A stretch of 34,573 nt of DNA from a virus. The position numbers and the translations under genes were made by a program. The notes under the pieces are model-generated. The model did not search any database. It was not told where the DNA came from and saw nothing but the letters and a program-made list of their open reading frames with translations. Of the stretch, positions 25,475 to 34,573 are shown in pieces; positions within the stretch are counted from its first letter, which is position 1; each line of letters starts with the position of its first letter. The stretch is taken from positions 1-34,573 of the IMG/VR virus record IMGVR_UViG_3300045988_140174. One strand, written 5' to 3'.

Positions 25475-28400
25475 TTAAATAGTCTTTCGACTAGCATATT
25501 GACTTGCTTCATTCTCCATCATTTCAAATGCTTCCATAATTTCATTACTATCAGTCACATTCGGGAAATCAGCATTAATAGAAACTTGTTGCATAAATTC
25601 TTGTGCAATTCTATCAACACCAAGAGAAGAAGGAATAAGATTAGATAAATAACTTACAATAGTCTAAACGTTTAATCCTATATTTTGTAATATAGTAGAA
25701 ATATCTAAACTATCCGTTAAAGCAGTATCAATGTTTAATTCATTATTACTCATCCAATTTTCAATTTGTTTATTCATATCTAATTGATCTAACATATCTA
25801 AATAAGAAAGTTGAGAAATATACTCTGGAACTTCTGCTGTTTTATTAAAACTCTCAGAATTACGCTAAGTACTAATTATATTATTTGCTGTTGCAGTTGA
25901 ACGAGAATCAATAGCATTTTCATATTTACCATAATCAATACTATTCATTCCAGATAAAGCTGCTACCATTTCATTCATAGTTTTTACTAAAGCTTCATTC
26001 CGCTTAATTGCACTATCAATTTTAGAAACATAAATAGATTCCCAATCACTCGCTGCTTTAATAACACCATTAAATGATTCTGTAGCATTTTTAACAATTT
26101 TTTCCATATCTGCTACAGCTTTATCTGATTCACCAGTAATTTTAATTGACCATCCAGAAGCCGTATCAGCAAAACTTCCTTCAATACCTGCTGTACTATT
26201 AATTTCTTTAATTTTATTTAAATAATCATCAAGCAATTTATTAGAATCAGCAACATAATTATCATGGCTTTTCCAAAATGCATTAAACATTTCATCTAAT
26301 GTAGAATATCCTGTTTTTAATGCCAAAGTAGTCTAATTAAAATTTTCAACTAATGCACCAGAACTATCTTTATAATATGTTACAAATTTTTCATTAGCAT
26401 CTTTACTATTTTTAAATACTTCTTCATATTGCTAATGAATCTATTGCATACGTTCATCATAATATTTTTCTAAATCAGCAGCCTATTTCTCGTATTCAGC
26501 TTGAGAAATTTCTCCTTGAGTAAATGATAGCTTTATTGCTGTTAACTTTTCTTGATAGTCAGATTGTAATTGAAGAATATTATTTTCTAATGTTTTTAAA
26601 TATTCTTCATTAGCTTTTTGATAAGCATTTAATTTATCTTCATATTCTTGTTCAGCTTCAGCTATTTTGTCTTCATTAGCACTATATACATATCCCCAAT
26701 TACCATTATTATCACGAGTCAAACGAACAGTTTCATTAGAATTTTGAACATCTTCCAATTTCTATCGTGCTAGCTCTAATTCATATTTAGATTGTAAAAT
26801 CTTTAAATCATATTCACTAATTTTAGAACCATCTTTTAATTTTTTATTTAACTCGTCTTGTAATTTATTTAATGCTTGTTTATGAGGAATAATATCAGTA
26901 TCATCAATAGAACCTTCAATTTGACGTCTTAATTTATTTAATTCATAAGTTTTATCAGCATCACTTAAGTACTAATTATTTAATTCATTGGCCCTAGTAA
27001 TAGCATCTTGCAAAGCTTCAATAGAACCATAAATTGGAGATATACCGTCTTCAAATTCTTTGACAATATTATCCATTTCTTCTTCAAAGATATCGCGTGC
27101 TCTTTCTAAAGCTTCTTGCCAAGTATCTAAGAAATTTTCTTCAGCACTATGGACTTGCTCATCAATTTCTTTTAAACTATCACTCCATTGTTTAATTCCA
27201 ATTGAATCTCCATTAGCAACAGCTTTATCATACTATTCTTGAGCATTAGCACGCATTTCTTTTAATGCCTCTACTTGCTATTTAGCTCCAGCAAGATTAT
27301 TAATACTGTTGTTCATTAATGAACGATTTAAATTACGCAATACTAATTTTGATTGCTCATTTAATTGAGCTCCTAATAATGAAGTAATATCTTTAACACC
27401 TTCAAGAATATTCTAATAATGTTCAAATAAATCAATTTGGTCTTGAACATCCTCACTAAATTGATTAAAACTATCAAGGACTTTTTCTTGAATGGTTGCT
27501 CTCATTTCAAGCAATTCCTAATTGGCTTCTAAAATACTAGAACGCCATTCTCGAATTTGATCAATTTCATCTTCAGTGAAATTCTTAGCTTTTAAATCAT
27601 CAACTGTTAATTTATCAAGTTCTTCAATAGAATTAATGCCATGATTATTTAATAACTCTAGTAAACCGTCAGAATAAGTTTTAGTTTTTTCTAAAGCATT
27701 TTCTGCTTTTTCCCCAATTAAAGCAATAGCCTCAGCAGCAGAATAAGCATCATCTTCAATTTTACTTAATAAATAATCAAGATACTCTAACTCATCATCT
27801 TTAACAGCAATCTTAATTTCAATTTTATACTAAGTCTTTTCAAAAATTATATCAGCTAATTCAGTTTGTAAATCATATAATTTTTCCAATTCATCTTGGC
27901 GTAAATTATTAGTTTCTTCATACTGTTCTAAAGCTTCAATAAAATCATCATAAGCTTCTTCAGCCGCCTCATCAGCATCTTCATTTTTACCAATAGACGA
28001 GTTGTATTTATCAATCTGGCGCTTCATAATTTCATCATAATTAGTAATAACACCAGTTTCATCAAATTCGGCGCCATAAGATGCTATTAAAGCTTTATCT
28101 TCATCCCAATATTTATTAATTTCATCAAGATATTGATTCTATAAATCAATCATTTCATCATATTTTTCAATTTCTTGATCCATTAATTCTAATTTAGAAG
28201 TACCAAACGCCCGCTCTTTAGCTTTGGCTAAATGCTCCATTACTTCTTCTAAATCTTCAATTTTTTGTTTAATTACATGATAACGCTCAATTTCATCTTT
28301 ATATTCTTTTGAAGGAGGAGGGGTATAACTGCTTCCACCACCTCCGCCACTATTGTTAGTGGCAGTGGGATTAGTAGTTAAATCAGTTGTTTTCCCACCA

Positions 28401-31400
28401 TACTCTTTACCCGACCAATCAAGAGTTTTAACTGTTGGCACATTAACCATAGTCGTAGTATCAATAGGAACAACAGATGGAGGATCTAAATGATGTCCAT
28501 GTTCATCAATATTACTAGTATAAACAACTGCTTCTTCGTGTGAAGTAACAGGAGTTGGTTCACTTTCAATTTCTGCATCAAATCCCATACTAGCAACAAA
28601 AGCTTGAGCTTGTTCTGCAGTAAAACCAAAGGCTGAAATCAATGTATTTAAAGAAGCAATTGCTTCAGTTGTATCAAATTTTGGATCAAGCTATAATCCA
28701 TTCGCAGCCTCTTGTATCTAAGTAAAACAAGTATTAATTTCTGACTAAACGCTACTTAAAGAATCTCCAAAAGCTGCTTTTAAATCATCTCTACCACTAT
28801 TAGCTATATTTTGTAAAACTTGATTTACCTATTCCCCAGTTGTATAAAATGAACGCTAAGTTGCAATATTTAATTCCGCTAATGCTTTTTGATTACCTTT
28901 TGCTACATCGGGCATTAATTTAGCAACTTTACGAGCATATCTTTTATCTTCTTTATATAATTTTTCAAATGTATCTTTAGATACTCCAGCTAAATCTGAT
29001 AAAGCGTCAGAATTCTATGCAACAAATTCATCAAAAGCTGCTTCATTTTCTGCATTATATTTTTTAGTAAGACTGGTAGAATCATTCATCCAATCTGAAA
29101 ATGCTTTTACTTTATCATTACATTTATCCCAAGAGCCAGCTAATTCATCAACTAGTTCTTGTCCATGAGTGCCTAATGAGCCCATTTCATCTCGTAATTC
29201 ATTAATCGCTCCAGAATCGCCTTCAACAGCCTGTTGTAATTTTCCAAAATTCTCTGTTAAATTATTAGCATCTCCAGCCCAAGCCTTAAAATCATCTTCA
29301 GACATACCGAACATATCAGCGAATGATTCAGAATTACTCGTCAAAAATTCTTGTAATTTTCCAATTTCAGAGGGTAAAGCACTGCCCTATCCCATATTTT
29401 CTAAAGCAGAAGCTTGTTCCTGAATTTTATCTTTATCAAAATTCTATTCATCCCAAGAAGGCTTTAATCGGCTAGCAGCATCAAAAGCTTTTTGGCTATA
29501 AATTTGCTCATCAAAATAATTATCTTGCTAACTCAATCCCCATTGACGAGACTACTCTGCCGCAAAATTCTTCAATATAGTATCATAATCAAAAGTAACT
29601 TCAGAGTTTTCAACAGTTCCGCCATTTTCATCAGTCAATTTTACTGGTATTGTTGTATTACCGCTAGTAAAATCTTGTAACCAATTATCTCTTAATTCAC
29701 TTACTGAGTATCCTTGCTATGATAATAGATTTAAAATTTCAGATTCAGTTAATTCATTACCACTATTACTACCACGTGATGCAATTATTTTATTTTCATA
29801 ATCTATAACATCTTGACTAATTAATTCTCCAATACCATTTCGATATTTTTCATCATATCTTGATAAATCTAGTCCTCGTGAAAGTAATTCATTTAAAACA
29901 TCATTCTAATAAGAATCAGCTAATCTACTTGTTTCAGCAGTTAATTTTTCTAATGCTTCTCTAGTTTCGTGATTTGAAGTAATTAATTTAGCTGTATTTT
30001 CATCTAAACCTGCTTTATTTATTAAGTCTTCTTTACTAAAATCAAAACTAGAATCTTTCATAGCAGCTTTAACTACTTTATTTATTTCTGATGTTGTTAA
30101 TGTATCAGTCGCATTAACAGTATGATAACGATATTCATTAGGTCTAAACTGATATTTTTCTCGCTTTGTTCCTACAACTATGTTTTCATTTTTCTTTGAA
30201 ATTTCTCTAATTTTTGCTTCCAGCTATACCTATTCATCTCTATTGCTCTAAGAATTAACAGCTGTTTGAGCTTTATTCTATTTATCAAGAGCCTGCTATT
30301 TAATCTTATTCTAACCAGATTCAGTTAAATGCTAAATATTATTAACATCATAATACCAATCTTCACCCTTTTTAAGTTGAGAATCAGCATCTGCCATTTT
30401 ATTATAATTATCAATTAAATCTTGAACTTCATTATTTACATCATATAAAGCTTCTCGCCATTCAGTAGTACCATATTTTAAATCTTTAAAAGCATCATAT
30501 TTACTTGATAAACCATCTAAAGATGAAGTTACTTTCTATACTTCAGAATTAACATTATCTAAATTACTTTGTAGTGTTTGTAAATCTTCATTAGATTGTT
30601 TAAGTTCAGTATTAAAAGATTGAGAACGTTTAACTAATGTATAAATAGCAAATCCAACAGCCGCAATTATTGCAGCAATTAATATAAATTTAGCAATTAA
30701 CGGTAATAAACTTACCTGAACCCCTTTTAAAGCAATATTTAATTCTTGAGTCGCTGCAGTTAATCCTTTAGTTGCTAAAGTATTAGTTATTTTAGCAGCT
30801 GTTTCTTTATTTAAACCTAACTCCATTAAATTAGTCTACAATGCATTTAAAGTTTTCTTTTTTGTTGAATCTGAAATTGTTTCATTATTTATTTTATTAG
30901 CAGTACTTTCTAAATAAGTAGCTGCTGTTTCTTTTAATTTAGCTATTTCTAATCCTTCTGTAATAGCTTTTTCAGTTAAAATGGAAGCATTATGCTAATC
31001 TCTAACCTGTTTTAAAAATTGAATTCCTGTGGCCAAACTGTCAATACCACTTTTAACCATAAAACTAAGACTACCAATAGAAGTAAGAATAGCAACAGCT
31101 TTTTCCCACCCAGACATATCAGGATCTTTAATACTACTGATTAAACTATTAATAGAAGAAATCGCCATTCCCGCCGATTGGGCAAATGAAGCCATTGACA
31201 TAAATGCTTCAATACCACCAACTAAATGTTTAGGTTTAAAGTTTTCAACTTGTTTATTTAACTCTTCTTGTTTTTGCTTAGCTTTTTCTTGAGCTTTTTG
31301 CATTTTTTCAAATGACTAAACAACTTTTTTAATTTCATCGTCTCCTACGCCCATGCCTCTTAAAGAAGCAACTAACTAATCTTGAGATAACTTACTACTT

Positions 31401-33820
31401 TGTATAATCTAAATATATTGACGCATTTTAGCCATACGTTTATCTGTACCAGTCTCATCCCAAGGTATTGATGCAATTTCTTTCTCTAAGCTTTGCAGTA
31501 TTCCTAAATCCTAAATATTTTTAGGTAAATTTTCACGGAATAAATTAAAATAAGTTTCAGCTTTAGTGGTTGCAATATCAAAATTATTTAATTCTGGACT
31601 AAATGTCCCCGCGGCATAAGCCTGCTATGCTGATTCATTAGTTAATTGTGTTAATTTATCTAGCTATGATGTAACTTCAGTCGTCATATCATTAAATAAA
31701 TTAGCCACAGGAGTAGTAGCATCCGCATTCAGCCAAGCCTATAAAAGATTATTTACAAGATTATCATTTAATGTATCGAGTTTATTATAATAAGGCTCTA
31801 TTTCATCATATAAATCTTCATATTTTTTTCCCAAACTAGCTTCTCCTTCATTCCCAGGATTATTATGCTAGCTAGCTGAACTCCAAATATCTTCCATCTA
31901 ATTATTATAAGCTTTTGAGATACCTTTTTTATCGCTTACCATTGTATCTTGAGCATCATTTATGATTTTTGTATAAGTATCAATTTCTTGACCTAATTTG
32001 ATAAGCTAATCTCCCTGCTACTGGATACCCTATTTTTCTGTCTCCCAAAATGATTTCTCAGCTGCCGTCATTCTTTCTGAAGCTATAGCTATTTTATCTT
32101 TCATTTCAGAAACACGTTTAGAATTTAATAAACTCTATTTAGATTCTTCATCTAAATTATCACCTTTTTTAGATAAATAATTAGAAGTCTATTCATTTAT
32201 TTGAGTATGAATTTTAGCATAAGCTTTATCAGCTCCACCAACCAATATTTGAATATTGCTAATAACATTTCGTAAAGCAGGCTCAATTTTTGAAGCTAAA
32301 CTCTATTCAACAATAGCTAATATTCCTATTAGTACTGGTTTAAGGCCTCCTATTTTATCAATAAATGAATCAACACCATCAACAGTATCGGCTAAAAAAT
32401 CAGTTAATTTAATAAAAAACTTATCATCAATTAAATCTTGATATAATCCCTAAAATGAAGCCTTCAAACGCTTATTAGCGGCTTCCCAAGACTCTTCATA
32501 AATTTTCTATTGCTCAGTTAATGTTCCAGTAGCATTACGAGCAGTTTCGAGATTTTCTTTCATGAAATCCCATTTATCCATCAATGCAATTAATTGAGTA
32601 TATTGGCGGACACCAGCAACAGTTTGAGCTAATGCCACTTTAGCATCTTTAGAAATTAATGGATTTCCTTCAGCATCAAATGAATTCCATTTTTCGCCTA
32701 AATCATCAAGGATATCATCCATCTCTCGCAATCCACCATCTGCTGTTTTAATAGAAACACCAACAGCTTCAAGAGCTTGAGAATATTTTCCTAATGTAGT
32801 ACCATCTTCAAGAGTTTTTCCCAATTCTAAATCTTGAATACGAGCAAATAATGTTTTAAATGCAGTACCAACCACATCAGCAGATTGACGAGTTGTAGCT
32901 GTTACAGTTGCTAAAGCAGAAGTAGCATATTCATAACTTAAACCTACTGTATTTGACACAGCCGCGAATTTTTCTAATCCAGCCGCAATTTCATCTGTAC
33001 TAGAAGCAGTAGCAGCACCCAACGCCGTCATAACATCAGCATAATATTCTAATGATTGTGATCCATCATAGAAATTATTCCAAACAGCAGTTAATTGCTA
33101 AGAAATTTTATCGGCGCTTTCACCAGCGGCATTAGCCATTTTAATTGTAACAGCAGTTCTATCTTCTACTTCTTTATCAGATAAACCCTGTTGATAGTAA
33201 ATTAAAGAAGCATCAGTATAATTTAATGTAGAAGTACTTAATGCCTTTGCCGCTTTATTTGCTTTATCAGCAAATTTATCCATATAATCAATATTATGAC
33301 CGGTAACAATTCGAATATCATTTAATGATCTGTTTAAATCCTAAGCATAACCATAAGCCCCTTGTAATGCTCCCATTACACTATGAATCATACTTGAAGA
33401 AATCTACCATTTAACTGTATTTTTAACAGTAGTTAAAAAATCCTATAAACGAGCATTTAAGCTAATCATTGGCTAATCAGCCGCAGCTATGGACTAAGCC
33501 AATTTTACAAATGCTTGCTATCCCGTTACTCCCGCATCTAATAAACTTTTAGATAATTTAGTTACATTTGTCTAAGATCTATTTAAACTTGCATTAAGTT
33601 TACTTAAATCATAATTACCAGTAGTTGTATTATAGGCTTCATTTAAATGAAATGCTAACTATCTGGCTGCTTCAGAAGCTTTTTGCATCTATTCTGGTTT
33701 AAGTCCTAAATCAGTACTATATGAAAGTTTAGTTAATAATTGTTGTAATTCTTGAATAGACTATTTTGCTTGAGTAGTATTTGCAGTAAAATCTAATGCA
33801 ACATTTAATTGTTTTGCCAT
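25475..33820 (-). CDS. Tail tape measure protein (TP901/phage-min-tail family), 2781 aa. Contains in-frame TAG codons.
   Basis: ATG 33818-33820 with AAAGGAG 8 nt upstream; TAA stop 25475-25477. All nine ORF-track fragments from 25865..26326 to 33098..33283 are in one frame and each ends in cta. Hand translation of the whole gene reproduced every fragment peptide and found about 75 TAG and no TAA/TGA. Hallmark TMP segment: ...ATSALATVTATTRQSADVVGTAFKTLFARIQDLELGKTLEDGTTLGKYSQALEAVGVSIKTADGGLREMDDILDDLGEKW... Also extensive coiled-coil sequence, a GGGGGSSYTPPP linker and a hydrophobic helix. Confidence 0.85.
30628..30709 (-). other. Predicted transmembrane/hydrophobic helix inside the TMP (SLLPLIAKFILIAAIIAAVGFAIYTLV).
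   Basis: An uninterrupted hydrophobic run of 27 residues inside fragment 30536..30826, flanked by KG..QV and KRSQS. Position calculated from the ORF-track fragment. Confidence 0.5.
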
Positions 33821-33851
33821 AAACGGGACTCCTTTCTCTCATAATATAAAC

Positions 33852-33888
33852 AAAAAAAATGGGTGTGAGAAATAATCTTCTCACACCC
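33852..33888 (-). terminator. Rho-independent terminator between the 174-aa gene and the TMP.
   Basis: Perfect 11-bp inverted repeat GGGTGTGAGAA (33861-33871) / TTCTCACACCC (33878-33888) with a 6-nt loop. On the plus strand it is preceded by A8 (33852-33859), which gives U8 after the hairpin on the minus strand. Confidence 0.7.
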
Positions 33889-33935
33889 ATACACTTGATT
33901 ATTCCTATTTAATTTTAAAAAATTAAATAGTTTAA

Positions 33936-34460
33936 TTATCCCAACTTGGTCAAAACATCTTTTAACAATCCTAATGTTTCAGGATTCTGAATATCATTAG
34001 TTAATTGTTCCATATCAAATGTTGTATCTTTATAATCAGTTGAAATAATATCTAAAATACCTGCCGCAGAATTTTTATACTCATAAATTGAATGAATAGT
34101 TTCTGCTACCCAACTTTTAATTTGAGCATATTCTCCTGGATTAATTTCTCCAAATACTTTAGCAGAAAAACCAGAGCCAACTACTAAATCATATAATTTC
34201 TTTGGGTCTTCTTTTTGCTTATCAGTAAAACTTACATTAGTATAAACCATAATCATTTTTAAAATAGTATGAAGATACACACGAGCAGGATTATAATAAC
34301 CATTCTTATCAATAGAATCATTAATAATCTCTGAAATAAGATTTAACTTATCTCCAATAGGAAGATAATCTTTAACTTCAATAATCTAATCTCCCCATTC
34401 AAAAGTTGATACTTCTGTATTTTTATTTAAATTTAACTTTGAAAATGCTACTTTTGCCAT
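33936..34460 (-). CDS. Hypothetical protein, 174 aa, immediately upstream of the TMP. Its position fits a tail-assembly-chaperone-like gene, but the sequence was not recognised. One in-frame TAG.
   Basis: ATG 34458-34460 with AAAGGAGG 8 nt upstream; TAA stop 33936-33938. One in-frame TAG at about 34382. Continuous with ORF-track fragment 33936..34280. N-terminus MAKVAFSKLNLNKNTEVSTFEWGDxIIEVKDYLPIGDKLNLISEIINDSIDKNGYYNPARVY... Confidence 0.75.
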
Positions 34461-34489
34461 TTCAAAATCCTCCTTTTACACTTATTTAT

Positions 34490-34518
34490 ATTATACTAAA
34501 AATTTAGTTTATTGTCAA
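34490..34518 (-). promoter_or_regulatory. Consensus sigma-70/sigma-A promoter (TTGACA - 17 nt - TATAAT) driving the 174-aa gene.
   Basis: Minus-strand reading TTGACAATAAACTAAATTTTTAGTATAAT. The -35 element is the plus-strand revcomp at 34513-34518 and the -10 at 34490-34495. The spacer is exactly 17 nt. The -10 ends about 30 nt upstream of the ATG. Confidence 0.6.
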
Positions 34519-34573
34519 ATTTTTTACACTATGTAAATTGGTTGTAATTAAATTAGTTATTATATCAACAGTA

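Noticed and set aside
1707-32441. All plus-strand ORFs in the track (1707..1910, 2333..2596, 3876..4094, 7084..7266, 8476..8658, 17133..17321, 18193..18432, 22526..22708, 24946..25137, 27060..27242, 29169..29423, 29492..29680, 31029..31292, 32256..32441).
   Set aside because: Each lies antisense to a long minus-strand gene that has good translation signals. They are short and low-complexity (Ile/Leu/Phe/Asn-rich, as expected opposite AT-rich coding sequence), and I found no SD+start context for them.
1-34573. Reading the fragmented ORF track as a decayed prophage full of nonsense mutations or pseudogenes.
   Set aside because: The interrupting codon is always TAG and never TAA or TGA. Frames are preserved across dozens of interruptions. 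The products retain recognisable, full-length domain order. Genuine stops coincide with SD-start signals and terminators. Random decay would not be confined to a single stop codon.
1-34573. Mollicutes-type code 4 (TGA=Trp), suggested by the low GC.
   Set aside because: Trp is TGG throughout. TGA never occurs in frame except once as a gene-terminal stop overlapping the next ATG. Genes are interrupted only by TAG.
1-34573. Pyrrolysine (TAG=Pyl) decoding.
   Set aside because: Pyl usage is normally 1-3 codons in methylamine methyltransferase genes. Here there are hundreds of TAG in structural genes, including Gln-like patches (TAG CAG TAG CAG). Phage-style suppression is far more plausible, though not formally excluded from sequence alone.

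Overview
AT-rich window (about 30% GC by eye). Almost all of it is one co-directional minus-strand block of 10-11 very large genes. It reads as the tail, baseplate and tail-fibre module of a long-tailed siphovirus-like phage or prophage, with Firmicutes-type AAAGGAG Shine-Dalgarno sites before nearly every start. Order, from high to low coordinates: consensus sigma-70 promoter; 174-aa gene; terminator; 2781-aa tape measure protein (TMP); terminator; 966-aa and 2422-aa baseplate-position proteins; 936-aa, 113-aa and 1082-aa structural proteins plus a roughly 130-codon ORF with no start codon; terminator; 312-aa fibre-like gene; 547-aa fibre-like gene; terminator; a fibre-like gene of more than 1837 aa that runs off the window start.

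The supplied ORF track looks shattered only because it uses the standard code. Every fragment I checked ends at TAG (cta on the plus strand). Fragments stay in one reading frame for up to 8.3 kb. Hand translation through the TAGs gives continuous proteins with recognisable phage-tail sequence, and these stop at TAA (9 genes) or TGA (1 gene) right next to the SD+ATG of the next gene or a terminator. The module therefore uses an amber-reassigned code (TAG as sense, translation-table-15-like; Gln by precedent, not provable from sequence alone). It carries roughly 250 in-frame TAG codons, up to 2.7% of codons in the TMP, with local clusters of 3-7 TAGs.

Plus-strand ORFs in the track are antisense artefacts. 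I saw no tRNA, rRNA, CRISPR array, transposase or integrase. Coordinates I derived by hand may be off by 1-2 nt.
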